Shown here: positions 1 to 11,891 of the stretch, in pieces
Position numbering within the stretch: position 1 is the first letter of the stretch
How the letters are laid out: every line of letters starts with the position of its first letter
Assembly (NCBI GenBank): GCA_024679065.1
Contig: JAGIQG010000023.1
Coordinates: 10,664,001 to 10,728,000 of the forward strand
Length of the DNA: 64,000 bases
Direction of reading: 5' to 3'
Origin: Sphyrna mokarran
Taxonomy: Eukaryota
Made by a program: the position numbers and the translations under genes
Notes under the pieces: generated by a model
The model's database searches: none
Told to the model about the DNA's origin: nothing
The model's input: only the letters and a program-made list of their open reading frames with translations

Positions 1-81
1 ATTGTAAAATGTCACCCATAAATGATCACCTAGTTTTCCTCATCTATCTGGTAGTATTCCGTTTCCACATTTGATCATGTC

Positions 82-245
82 CCTCTCTCACACACACTTT
101 CCGTCTCCCTCTCTCTCCCTCTCACTCTCCTCCAAATCCTCTCCCTCCACATACAATGCACACACACTCTCTCTCTTTCTCTCTCTCTCACTCACTCTCT
201 CCCTCATACACACTCTCTCTCACTCCCACACTCACTCACTCACAG
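82..245. repeat. Compound CT/CA microsatellite
   Basis: Imperfect (CT)n/(CA)n tracts; these explain the S/L/H/T-rich ORFs 71..487 and 156..392. Confidence 0.85.
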
Positions 246-426
246 ATACAGGGCTCTGCTCAACACAGTCTCATTCCTGGGCCTGGAGCAGCTCTACACC
301 GCAGGCTCTCCTCTCATGCTTGTCCCCAGGCCCAGTTTGGAGATGCTGGAGTTGGGTTCCGATGCACTCTGACAGCAAAACCCCACTGGTAGAAGGGCAG
401 GTTGAGAGGCAGTTGTGGGATTCTTG

Positions 427-738
427 GGGATGGCACAATGTCACAGTGTTAGTGCTGCTGTCTCACAGCACCAGAGACCTGGGTTGAATTCCTGGCTTGA
501 GTCACTCTCTGTGTGGAGTCTGCACATTCTCCCTGTATCTGTGTGGGTTTCCTCTGGGTGCTCTGGTTTCCTCCCACAGACTGAAAGACATGCTGGTTCA
601 ATGCATTGGCCATCCTAAATTCTCCCTCAGTGTACCTGAACAGGCGCTGGAATGTGACGACTACGGGATTTCCACATTAGCTTCATTGCGATGTTAATGT
701 AAGCCCACTTCTGACAGTAAGATAAATAAATAAATAAA
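427..738 (+). mobile_element. HE1/V-SINE-like tRNA-derived SINE, tail type B
   Basis: tRNA-like head, core TGTGTGGAGTCTGCACATTCTCCC, tail CTTCATTGCGATGTTAATGTAAGCC...ATAAATAAA. Confidence 0.85.
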
Positions 739-739
739 A

Positions 740-1120
740 TTGGAGTATTAATTAGAGAGATTTGGTCTCTGCTGGAGTACTGGGTTCAATTCTGATCATC
801 ACACTCAAGGAAGGAGGTTAAGGCTTTGGCAAGGGCACAGAGCAGATTTACCAGGATGGTGCTTGTAATGGGGGATTTTGGGTATGTGGACAGATTGGAG
901 AAACTGTGATTATTGGGCTTGGAACAGAACAGATTAAAGGGAAATCTAATTGATGAATTGAAACTGAGGAAGGGATTTAAAAGGCAGTTGGATATGTGTT
1001 TGGAGGGGACTAATGTGCAAGTTTGTGGGGGAAGTTGGGCTGTGGGATTCAATTGGACAATAAATTTCAATGAGCTAGCACAGACACGACAGGCTGAATG
1101 TCCTCCATCTCTGCTTTAAG
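740..1120 (+). mobile_element. Degraded CR1-type LINE 3' fragment
   Basis: Remnant of RAQxRFTRM and RLKGNLI ORF2 C-terminal motifs plus a degenerate CR1 tail. Confidence 0.65.
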
Positions 1121-1249
1121 ATTCTTGACTCCAGTCCCACCCAGAACTTGTGTGTGTTCCCTTGTGAAGCACTGGCAGCATTGCACCAAAAGGATTGTCT
1201 ACAGTTGGGATAACTCCTGCTTTCTTAAAACGTTATGTTTCACCCACAG

Positions 1250-1576
1250 TTTTACGGACACAAACTGCCTCGATAGTGATGAAAGCTGCAGTGGGAGAAA
1301 CCGTCACTGTGGAATGTCCACAGGCAACACGGCACAAACAACGAGAAATCTGGTGGTGTAAGGAAACTTCAGATAATAATTGCAATCTGATATCGTGCAC
1401 TCATGGAGATCGCATCAGAAATGATGATGGAAGAACATCGATTGTTAATACCGATGGCAAAATTTCTGTAAATATACTACAACTTAAGGAAACCGATACA
1501 GGAACATACTGGTGTGAACCTCCATATCAAAACACATCACAGATTTCAGATGTTATATTACTGAAGGTTTTCTCAG
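1250..1576 (+). CDS. CD300/pIgR-like inhibitory receptor, V-set Ig domain exon D1 (leader exon not found in window)
   Basis: Acceptor CCCACAG at 1249, donor GTAAGA at 1577, phase 1-1, 327 nt; G-ETVTVEC, WWC-x7-C second disulfide, ETDTGTYWC. Confidence 0.9.
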
Positions 1577-1814
1577 GTAAGAATCTTTCAGAAGATTGAT
1601 TTTAGCTCTGATAATGTGATCTGGCTGCAATAACACAGGGCAGCTGCTGTGTGAACTCAAATTAATAAAATATCACAACTCCTCATGTGCAAATAGTGAC
1701 CTCCCATATTCCCATTTCTATCCATTTCCATTAACCTATTTCTGTATCCTTTCCTTCTTTATTATCTTCCCGTCATACTCTTACAAAGCAAAAATCATAT
1801 TTATCTAAAACCTC

Positions 1815-2100
1815 TTTTATTCTTTCATTCATGGGATGTGCCTAAAACACCTTTTATTACCCATCTCTAATTACCCTTCAGAAGGTTGTGGTGAACTGCC
1901 TTCTTCAACTGCTGCAGCCCATGTGGTGTATGTACACCCACAGTGCTGTTAGAGAGGGAGTTCCAGGACTGAGCCAGTAACAGTGAAGGAACAGGGATAG
2001 ATTCCCCAGTCTGGATGGTGTGTGTTTTGGAGGGAAGCTTGTCAGTGGTGATGTTCCCATACACCCACTTCTCTCCTCCTTCTAGATGCTAGATTTGGAA
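1815..2100 (-). mobile_element. 3' fragment of the second (CR1/L2-superfamily) LINE family
   Basis: Reverse complement matches the 3' end of the element at 51690-54310 (CACATCCCATGAATGAA tail). Confidence 0.7.
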
Positions 2101-2482
2101 GGAGATTTAATTCAAAGCTGCGTGTCTCCATAGTAACTTTGTAATAAATCGAGGGCGACTCAGTGTGACTTGAACCAATAAAGGCTTTATTGCCAACAAT
2201 ACAGATATATATGACAAGGTCACACTGAATTACAATGTGACTCTACAACTTGGCTCCCTGGCTCCAACTGCGAGATGTTTCTCAACCCATGGTATACACC
2301 TTCTTGCTGATTGGCTCAGCTTCTGGCCTAGACAATCCATAGTGTCCGGAGGGATCACGTATCTCTAAGGAATGCTTTTCCCCCTAACGAGACACCCTGC
2401 TCCAAAATTATCCCTAATTTCTGTTGACATCCAGACAAACAGCTCTACAATTCTATAAAACACATAAGCACCTGAGTAATAG

Positions 2483-2565
2483 ACACACACACACACACGC
2501 ACGTGCGCAGACACACACACGCACATATGCATGCACACGCACATGCACATGCACGTGCACACACA
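2483..2565. repeat. (CA)n/(CATGCA)n microsatellite
   Basis: Imperfect CA repeat seen directly. Confidence 0.85.
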
Positions 2566-3969
2566 CCTTCATTTACAAACCATATACTACATATCTGAAC
2601 TCAGATAGACTTCCCCATTCCCCAAACAACCTCCACCTAAAACAAATCTACAAGGAAAATCTAGACTCTCAATACCAGGAGGGTGATCCAGTTTGGGAAT
2701 TGCCTGCCTGGTTTAGCAAAGACAGATAAACTGCCTTTATGAAGGTTTCTGCAATAAGTTAGCTGTAAGACTTTAGAAGTGGCCTCCCTTATTAGCTAGC
2801 TTGCTGTTAGAGATTATCCTGGCCTTCCTGTGACATGTTAAAACCAATCTTCCTGTGACGTATTAAAAATAACCTTCCTATAAGTGTTAAAACTGACCTG
2901 TCTGCTTTTGTGAGAGTTGGTGATTATACCCTGGTTATCTTTGATCCTGCTCACTGTATTATGGATTGTCTGTCTATCCCACATTCCTTGATCCTCGAAA
3001 ATTAGGATCTGTATGCCACTCCTGATACCACAGATATTTTGGTAAACAATTTCCTGATAATAGGGCCATTTACGTCTGATCTTATCTAGATGGTTGCTAG
3101 GCAACGTGTCTCATCAACACCTTTGAACATGAGTTCCTGCTGTTGCCAGGCAGATTCTCCCTATTTTGCCAATGGCACTGCCGCCCAACCACCCAGGAGG
3201 CTTCAATGGGCTCCAATCCCACCGGCGAGGCAATCACATCTTCCCTGTTGATGGGGAACCATACCTTATCTTGCAAGTAAGGACCTCAGCTGGTGTAAGG
3301 TAAGGGCAAGTGAGCCCAGACAATAGCATGTGGTACTCACTAATTACACACTCAGTCTCAAAGATTCCTCTCACTCCAATCACCGCTCTGCCCAACCCCT
3401 CCATCCAGACACCACTTCCCCCACTCTTGGATTGAGTCAGTCTTCTTCCCTCATAACGGCCACGGGCCCAGTGCAGGAATGGGTTACAAAGTGAACCTGG
3501 GTGTCATCTGGCTGGCACGGGCAAGATGGGCCAAACGACCTATTTCTGTGCTGTAATTTTCTGATGGTTCTTTCCCACTTCCTCCTCCCTCTATTCCCCT
3601 CTCCTGCACCCCACTCTTCTTCTCTCCTGTCTCCATCTCCCACTCAACACCAGGGCCACTGACACTCGATCCTGCCATCCTGAATACAGCGTAATAGTAA
3701 TGCATACATTAATAAAATGAACTAAGAACTACTGGGGATCTGGTAGTGGTTTTGAACATCTAGACTGATGGTTATTTTGTACTAATAAAAAAAAATTAAA
3801 TTCAGGTTTTATTTAATTCATTTCCTTGCATTTTGGTGCATGTTTTCTGAGTGAATTCAATGCCTTTGATCACTTTTAACATCAAATGTCTGTTGATCAT
3901 TTTTTTTGCAAAAGTAATGTTAACATTTTTTGTAGCTTTTGATCTCAATGGATGAAATTTAACCAGTCT

Positions 3970-4730
3970 GGGGTTTACCATTGACCAGAATCTGTACTGG
4001 ACCAGCCATGTAAACACTGTGGCTACTAGAGCAGAACAAAGGCAAGGAGGAATCCTAAAGCGAGAAACCCGACCACCTGGTTCCCCAAGGCTGACCATAG
4101 AACCGTAGAAATGATACAGCACAGAAGGGGGCCATTCAGCCCATCTTGTCCATGCCAACCCAAAGACACTCAGGTGCCCTTTCTAATCCCATCTTCATGC
4201 ACACGGCCCATAGCCCTGTAGCTGACAGCACTTAAGGTGCAGATCCAGGTACTTGTTAACAAGTTTAGAGTTCCTGCCTCCATCACCAACGCAGGCACTG
4301 AATTCCATTCCCATCATCTACAAGCCACAACTCAGGAATGAGATGTAATACTCTCCATTTGCCTGGATGAGTGCAATGACAACAACATTCAAGAAGGTCA
4401 ACACTGTCCAGGACAGAACAGCCCACTTGTTTGCTATCCCTTCGACAAAACGCTCAATCCCTCTCCCGTTGATGAACAGTGGCAGTGTACCACCTACAAG
4501 TTGCCCCACATGAACTTACTAAGATTACTTAGGCAGCACCTTGCAAACCCACGACCACCAACATCCAGAAGGACAAGAGCAACAAAGACCTGGGAACACC
4601 TTTCACTTGGAGGTTCACTTCCAAGTCACTTAGCATCCTAATTTGGAAATATATTGCTGTTCTTTTATTATCACTGTGTCTAAACCCTGGAATTCTCACC
4701 CTAACAGCACAGTGGGTATACTTTGCAATG
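3970..4730 (+). mobile_element. Second-family LINE 3' fragment interrupted by a CR1 tail (about 4097-4305, minus strand)
   Basis: Flanks resemble 53710-54210; insert starts ATAGAACCGTAGAA...GGCCATTCAGCCCATC, the reverse CR1 terminal motif. Confidence 0.65.
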
Positions 4731-5161
4731 AAGACTCAAACTCTGTTTGTCCTACAAGTAACAAACTCACATTGCTTGTAAGTCTTTAGTGTTCATCCAA
4801 ACTAGACCCAGTTCCTGTAGAATAGGCCTGGAGTTGGATACTATCCGTCAACTGTGAAAATTCACCCAAACACGCTGAGAAATTTCACTGCAGCTACAGA
4901 AAATAGAAATGGTTTATTAAACTTAGACACAAACACCTCAGAAATTTTAAATAAAAGTTTTAGAATAAGCAAAAATTTAATACAACAGCATTTAAGAATT
5001 ACACTGTATTTTAAGACTATAATCCTTTTTGTATTTTAAAAATAGAAAATACTATTGACATTTCCAATGTTTGGTTAATGTATCATGTTTTGGGCAATGA
5101 AAAATGTTCAGTTTTTCACCATTTTCAACTTTCAATGACTCTTTTTCTTATTTACCAACAG

Positions 5162-5488
5162 ATAAATGGGACCCAATCCGATCAAACATCAGTGGTGATG
5201 TGGGAAATGCCGCCACTATACCGTGTCTGTTCACGGACAGGGAGAAACTCTATAAGAAATTCTTGTGTAAAGCGACCGCTGTAAATAAATGTATTACTAT
5301 TGCCAGCTCTGATGGAGTTACAGAGAATCAGAATAATGAGAAAGTTTCAATCACTGTTAATAATGCTCATAATTTTACCGTTACCATGACTAACATAGAC
5401 AAAGACGAAGAAGGAGAGTATTGGTGTGGAGCTCAGAATATCAGTGACGTAAAGATCGTAGCGATTAAAAATCTGACAATTACTAAAG
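5162..5488 (+). CDS. CD300/pIgR-like receptor, V-set Ig domain exon D2
   Basis: Polypyrimidine tract plus CAACAG at 5161, donor GTAAGG at 5489, phase 1-1, 327 nt; G-NAATIPC, KKFLC-x7-C, EEGEYWCG; four N-glycosylation sequons. Confidence 0.92.
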
Positions 5489-5555
5489 GTAAGGACAAAT
5501 ATAAAATTATTATAATTCAATCAGTATTGCATAAAACTCACAAAATAATAACAGA

Positions 5556-5877
5556 GGCAGGCATGGTGATGCAATGATTGGCACTGCTGCCTCACAATGC
5601 GAGACCCGAGTTCAATTCCAGCCTTGTGGTCACTGTCTGTATGGAGTATGCACATTCTCCCTGTGTCTGCGTGGGTTTCTTCAGGGTGCTCCATTTTCCT
5701 CCCACACTCCAAAATGTGCAGGTTAGGTTGATCGGCCATACTAAATTGACCAAAGCATCAGGGGGATTACCAGGGTTAATATGGGTTACAGGAATAGGGC
5801 CTCGGTATGACTGTGGTGGGTACAGACTCAATGGGCCAAATGGCCTCCTTCTGTACTGCAGGGATTCTATGATTCTT
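5556..5877 (+). mobile_element. HE1-like SINE, tail type A (CR1/HER1-like)
   Basis: tRNA-like head, V-SINE-like core, tail ATGGGCCAAATGGCCTCCTTCTG...GATTCTATGATTCT. Confidence 0.88.
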
Positions 5878-6502
5878 TGAACATTTTATCAATGCTGTTC
5901 TTCATGTTTTACACCAGCCTATTGCCCTATTTCATCTCAATCTTGCAGCATATTCTTCTATTCTTTTCCCCCTTGGTAAGTTTTTCTCAATTACCCCAAA
6001 AAATATCTACAATATTTGGCACCACTGCACCTTATGGTACAGGGTAAACATAGAAACATAGGAAATGGGAGCAGGAGTATTCCTTCAGAATATCTCAGAT
6101 TCACTAACCAAAATCCTGCAATGTCCATAAACTGGACATCTTTAAGATGCCCTACACACCAATTTTAAGCGAGTATTTTTTTAAACTTACCTGGACAATT
6201 TAGCTAGGCCACTGTGTTGGCCATCATGTAGCTCTAGACTAATTAATGGCTTTACCACTTCATATTCCACTCTCTCCGCCACTCCAAGTGACCCTAATAC
6301 CAGCCAATCCAGAGAGACATGAACCATCCGTGGCTTGAAACACATTCCAGCAAGATCTGAAATCCAGGAGGATTGGATTTAAGCTACTGTACCCAATTCC
6401 ACATTGAACAAGTTCCACTTTCTAAGAAGTCTCTGGGTAAAGAGTTTAGAAACTTTCACTGATACTGATAGTAACCATCAATAATAAAAATACATTAAAA
6501 GT

Positions 6503-6815
6503 TCATACAATCCTCACAGTGCAAATGGAGGCCATTCAGCCTACATACACAACAATCCCATCCAGGCCCTATCCTCATAACCCCACACATTTACCCTGCT
6601 AATCCCCCAACACCAAGGGGTAATTTAGCATGGCCAATCAATCTTAACCTACACATCTTTGTTGCGTAGGAGGAAACCAGAGCACCCAGAGGAAACCCAC
6701 GCAGACACAGGGAGAGTGTGCAAACTCCACGCAGACAGTGACACAAGCCGGGAATCAAACCCAGGCTCTAGCACTGTGAGGCAGCAGTAGTAACCACCAT
6801 GCCACCACGCTGTAC
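6503..6815 (-). mobile_element. HE1-like SINE, tail type A
   Basis: Reverse complement of the same consensus. Confidence 0.85.
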
Positions 6816-7340
6816 CTCAGATTATTGTCCATTCGACACTATTAGCCCCCAGCAAAGGGCCCTCAGAATCTACCTTGTCCTCAGTCTTTTCTCAAGGTTA
6901 TATATGTTAGCTAATTTTATTGTTATCAAGAGGAAAGAAAATGAAGACGTGTCCTGGTATGGAACAGCAAAATTAAATGGTGTAAACCTTGTATAAATAA
7001 GAGAATTGAACAATTGCTGATGGTAAGATTCTATATAAGATTATTATAATTAGTTGGTACTGAATCGAATTCAGAACAGAAACTTGATCAATATCACTGT
7101 TTTTCACATGAGGCCCTTTCTAGTCACCCTTTATCTCACTCTTTACCCTTTGGTTCATTTCCATCTGAATGCCTTTATCTAGCTCCCTATTAAAAGCATC
7201 TATGACTCTTGCCACAACTTCTGCTTATGGTAGCAAGTTTCACATTTAACAGGTTCCACATTCTAACAACTCTGAGTAAAGAATTTTCTTCCTGAATTCC
7301 TCATCGGTTATTTTAATAGCCATTTCAGATTCTGTTTCTG

Positions 7341-7500
7341 TCATAATCATAGAATGATAGAATCCCTGCAATGCAGAAGGAGGCCATTTGGCCCATCGCG
7401 TTTGCATCCAACACAATCCCACCCAGGCCCTATTCCCGTAATCCTTCTTTTTTATCCTGTTAACTCCCCTGACACTAATTTAGCATGGTCAATCAACCTA
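7341..7500 (-). mobile_element. 3' half of an HE1-like SINE split by a CR1 insertion
   Basis: Tail repeat and body up to CAATCAACCTA; the other half resumes at 9672. Confidence 0.8.
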
Positions 7501-9671
7501 GCTGAGGGAATGGTAATTATGAGGCCATCAGGAGGGAATTAGGGTGCATAGGTTGGACTAGGAAACTACAGGGACTGGGAACATCTGAAATGTGGAGCTT
7601 ATTCAAGGAGCAGCTACTGCGAGTCCTTGATAAGTATGTCCCTGTCAGGCAAGGGGGAAATGGTCGAGTAAGGGAACCATGGTGTACTAAAAAAGTTAAT
7701 TTGCTGGTTAAAAGGAAAAAGGAGGCTTATGTCAGGATGAGGCTTGAAGGCTCAGTTAGTGCACTGGATAGCTATAGATTAGCCAGGAGGGAGCTAAAGA
7801 GCGAGTTGAGAAGAGCTAAAAGAGGATACGAGAAGACTTTGGCTGATAGGATCAAGGAGAATCCTAAAGCTTTCTTTAGTTATGTTAAGAATAAAAGATT
7901 GATTAGGGCAAGATTAGGGCCAGTCAGAGACAGCAGTGGGAAGTTGTGCATGGAGCCTGAAGAGATTGGAGAGGCACTGAACAAATATTTCTCTTCGGTA
8001 TTCACGCAGGGAGATGTAAAGGTAGTTGTGGAGAACACTGGGATACAGGGTTGCAAACTGGAAAGTATTGAAGTAGATAAGGAGGATGTGCTAGATATTC
8101 TTGAGGGTTTGAAGTTAGATAAGTCCCCTGGGCCGGACGGGCTTTACCCTAGGATTCTCTGGGAGGCGAGAGAGGAGATTGCAGAGCCTCTGGCTCTGAT
8201 CTTCAGGTCGTCGTTGATTACGGGTGTGGTTCCGGAGGACTGGAGGATAGCGAATGTGGTCCCGTTGTTCAAGAAGGGGAAGAGAGACCTTCCAGGGAAT
8301 TATAGGCCAGTGAGTCTTACTTCTGTTGTGGGCAAAGTATTGGAGAGAATTATTAGGAATAGGATTTATAGTTATTTAGAGAGAAATGAATTGATTGGGG
8401 ATAATCAGCATGGTTTTGTGAAGGGTAGGTCATGCCTTACTAGCCTTATTGAGTTTTTTGAAAAAGTGACCAAAGAGGTGGATGGGGGTAAGGCAGTTGA
8501 TGTGGTATATATGGACTTTAGTAAGGCGTTCGATAAGGTGGCCCATGGAAGGCTTCGGCAGAAAATGCAGATGTATGGGATTGAGGGTGATTTAGCTAAT
8601 TGGATTAGGAATTGGCTAGCTGATAGAAGACAGAGGGTGGTGGTTGATGGAAATTATTCATCATGGAGTTCAGTTACAAGTGGTGTACCTCAGGGATCTG
8701 TTTTGGGGCCACTGCTGTTTGTAATTTTTGTAAATGATCTGGATGAGGGTATTGAGGGATGGATTAGTAAATTTGCGGATGACACCAAAGTCGGAGGAGT
8801 GATAGATAGTGAAGAGGGGTGTTATAGTTTGCAGAGAGACTTGGACAAGTTGCAGAGCTGGGCCGAGAGGTGGCAAATGGAGTTTAATGTGGAAAAGTAT
8901 GAGGTAATTCACTTTGGCAGGAATAACAAATGTGCAGAGTATAGGGCTAATGGTAGAACTCTTAATAGTGTTGATGAACAGAGGGATCTTGGTGTATATG
9001 TGCATAGATCCCTGAAAATTAGCAATCAAGTCGATAAGGTTGTTAAGAAGGCATACGGAGCCTTAGCTTTTATTGGTAGGGGGATTTCGGAGCCGCAACG
9101 TCACGTTGCAATTGTACAAAACTCTAGTGCAGCCGCACTTGGAGTATTGTGTGCAGTTCTGGTTCCCGCATTATAAGAAAGATGTGGAGGCATTGGAGAG
9201 GGTACAGAGGAGGTTTACCAGGATGTTGCCTGATATGGAGGGCAGGTCTTATGAAGAGAGGCTGAGGGATTTGAGGTTGTTTGCGTTAGAAAGAAAACGG
9301 CTAAGAGGAGACCTTATTGAAACATATAAGATGATTAGAGGTTTAGATAGGGTGGACAGTGATAGCCTTTTTCCTAGGATGGAGAAAGCTAGCATGAGAG
9401 GACATAGCTTTAAATTAAGGGATGGTAGTTATAGGATGGATGTCAGAGGTAGGTTCTTTACCCAGAGGGTGGTAAGGGTATGGAATGCCCTGCCTGCTGC
9501 AGTTGTAGATGCGCCAAGTTTGGTGGCGTTTAAGAGGTTAGTAGATAAGTTTATGGATGAAAAGGGAATGGTTTAGGTTAAAGGGTCATTGCTTTTTCTT
9601 AATTGGTCAGCGCAACATCGAAGGCCGAAGGGCCTGTTCTGCGGTCTAATGTTCTATGTTCTATGTTCTAT
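7501..9671 (+). mobile_element. 5'-truncated young CR1/HER1-type LINE (ORF2 reverse transcriptase, one frameshift)
   Basis: KSPGPDG, NYRPVSLTS, QHGF, YMDFSKAFD, SGVPQGSVLGP, KFADD; 5-nt deletion near 9085; (GTTCTAT)n tail. Confidence 0.95.
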
Positions 9672-9800
9672 CTCCTGACCGTGCAAGGAAACCGAAGCAC
9701 CCAGAGGAAACCTGACATGGGGACAATGTGCAGACTTCACACAAACAGTGACTCAAGGCCAGGATTGAACCTGGGTACCTGGCGCTGTGACACTGTGCTG
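9672..9800 (-). mobile_element. 5' half of the split HE1-like SINE
   Basis: GGAAACCGAAGCACCCAGAGGAAACC...GGATTGAACCTGGG continues the SINE broken at 7500. Confidence 0.78.
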
Positions 9801-9904
9801 TATCACCCCAGTACATAAGTGGAAACATCTTTTATGTCATATGATTTTCTTTCCCCACTATGCATGGAATGTTGGTGCCACTGAGGAGGCCAGTTCTAAC
9901 GAAA

Positions 9905-10880
9905 TTTGATTTGATTTGATTTATCATTGTCACATGTATTACTATACAATGAAAAGCATTATTTCCTGCATGCTATACAGACAAGGCATACCATTTAGAG
10001 ATAAGGAAAGAAAAGAGTGCAGAATGTTACATTCATAGCTAAGATGTCGAGGAAGATCAGCTTAGTGCAAAGTAGGTCCATTATAGAGTCTGATGGCAGC
10101 AGAGGAGTAGCCGTTCTTGAGTTTTTGTATCTTTTTCTGACAGAAGAAGATGGAAGAGAGCATGTCCAGGATATGTGGGGTTCTTGATTCTGCTGGCTGC
10201 TTTTCCGAGACAGCAGGAAGTGTAGACAGAGTCAATGGATGGGAAGCTGATTTGTGTGACGAACTGAACATCATTCATGACCCTTCGTAGTTTTTTTGAG
10301 GTCTTAGGCAGAGCAGGAACCATACCAAACTGTGACACAACCAGAAAGAATGTTTTCTAGGATGCATCTGTAAAGGTTGGTGAGAGTTGTAGTGGACATG
10401 CCAAATTTGCTTAATCTTTTGAGAAAGTAAAGGCATTGGGAGGCTTTCTTAACTATAGTGAGGGTTAACTATAGGACAGGTTGTAGTGATCTGGACACCT
10501 AAAAGCTCGGAGCTCTCGACCTTTCTACTTCACCTCCATTGATGTAAACAGGGACATATCCTCTACTACACTTCCTGAAGTCGATAACAATTTCCTTCAT
10601 TTTGTTGATATTGAGGTAGAGATTGTTGTTGTCGCGTCAGTTCACTAGAATCTCTATGTTGTTCCTGTACTCTGTCTCATCACTGTTTGAGATCTGACTC
10701 ACTGGTGGTGATGTCATCAGCAAATTTGTCCACATGGTCATCAGTGTATAAGGAGTATTAAAGGGGGTTAAGGACACACCTTGTTGGGCACCGATGTTGA
10801 AGATGATTGTGGAGGCAGCGTTGTTGTCTATCCTTACGATTGCGATCAGTGGGTTAGGAAGTTCAGGATCCAGTTGCAAA
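9905..10880 (-). mobile_element. Rex1/Babar-type LINE 3' fragment, degraded
   Basis: RT remnants GAQQG and ISNSDETEYR; tail ACATGTGACAAT..(AAATC)n on the minus strand. Confidence 0.7.
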
Positions 10881-11022
10881 TGTGGACATTTGGTGACAGG
10901 TCACTTTTGCAATCCGTATAGCATTGGTGCTGTTTGGGAGAGAATTCCAGGATCCGAATCCAGTGAGAGTGAGAGTGATGCATTCCTAAACCTGGATAAA
11001 ACATTACATATACTTATTTAAT

Positions 11023-11200
11023 CAGGCAGCATGTGGCACAGTGATTAGCACTGCTACCCCACAACACCAGGGACCCTGGTTCAATTCCGGCCTTGGGTCA
11101 GTGCTGGTGTGGAGTTTGCACATTCTCCCCATATCTGTGTGGGTTTCCCCTGGGTGCTCAGTCCAAAAATGTACAGCAAAGGTTGATTTGACTATAAGTT
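11023..11200 (+). mobile_element. 3'-truncated HE1-like SINE
   Basis: Head and core present, tail absent. Confidence 0.8.
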
Positions 11201-11334
11201 GAATCCATCTCTTCCTCTGCTCCTTTTGCACAAAATTGTGCAACAATTCAAGATAAGGAAATCCGTTCAACCAATCTTTGTCTATCCATCCATAGCCATC
11301 CAGAATTTGACCAGTTGGCTCAAGGACACTGAAA

Positions 11335-11680
11335 GGGCGGCACGATAGCACAGCGGTTAGCACTGCTGTTCACAGCTCTAGGGAGCTGGGTTCAATTCTC
11401 GGCTTGGGTCACTGTCTGTGTGGAGTTTGCACATTCTCCCCATGTCTGCGTGGGTTTCCTCCGGGTGCTCAGGTTCCCTCCCACAGTCCAAAGATGTGTG
11501 GTTTAGGTTGATTGGCCATACTAAAATTGCCCCTTAGTGTCTTGAGGTGTGTAGGTTGGAGGGATTAGCAAGTAAATGTGTAGGGATGCGGGAGTAGGGA
11601 CTGGGTGGGATTGTGGTCAGTGCAGATTCAATGGGCCGAATGGCCTCTTTGTGCACCATAGAGTTTCTATGATTCTATGA
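11335..11680 (+). mobile_element. HE1-like SINE, tail type A, full length
   Basis: GGGCGGCACG head, B-box GGTTCAATTC, core, (GATTCTAT) tail. Confidence 0.9.
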
Positions 11681-11857
11681 AAGAGCCAGTGATCAGAATG
11701 GTTAAAATATGTCCCTTTCGCCACAGAACTGCCCCAACCTGCAACCTTAATATTTTGCTTTCTTAAATACTGTGTGATGAAAATAAAAGTATGTTATTAT
11801 TGGGAATTATGTCAGTTATTGACTGACTTTTTCATTTATGTTTGCTTGTAAAAACAG

Positions 11858-11891
11858 GGAATTCATATAACCAAAACTCCAAAGACCAAAG
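11858..11891 (+). CDS. Receptor stalk mini-exon (GNSYNQNSKDQS)
   Basis: Acceptor AAACAG at 11857, donor GTGAGA at 11892; 34 nt, phase 1 to 2, exactly the shift needed to join D2 to the TM exon. Confidence 0.8.

Noticed and set aside
71-487. 138-aa ORF as leader or first exon of the receptor
   Set aside because: Low-complexity translation of a CT/CA microsatellite running into a SINE; no signal peptide with a phase 1 donor
2123-2394. Possible solo LTR (TGTCTC...GAGACA ends, minus-strand AATAAA)
   Set aside because: No target-site duplication, second copy or internal sequence in the window; unsupported without a repeat search
7590-9176. 528-aa ORF as a host or domesticated gene
   Set aside because: 5'-truncated CR1 ORF2 with a frameshift, LINE tail and a near-identical sister copy
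11335-11410. tRNA genes suggested by A-box and B-box motifs
   Set aside because: These are SINE heads that continue into SINE core sequence and do not form a full cloverleaf
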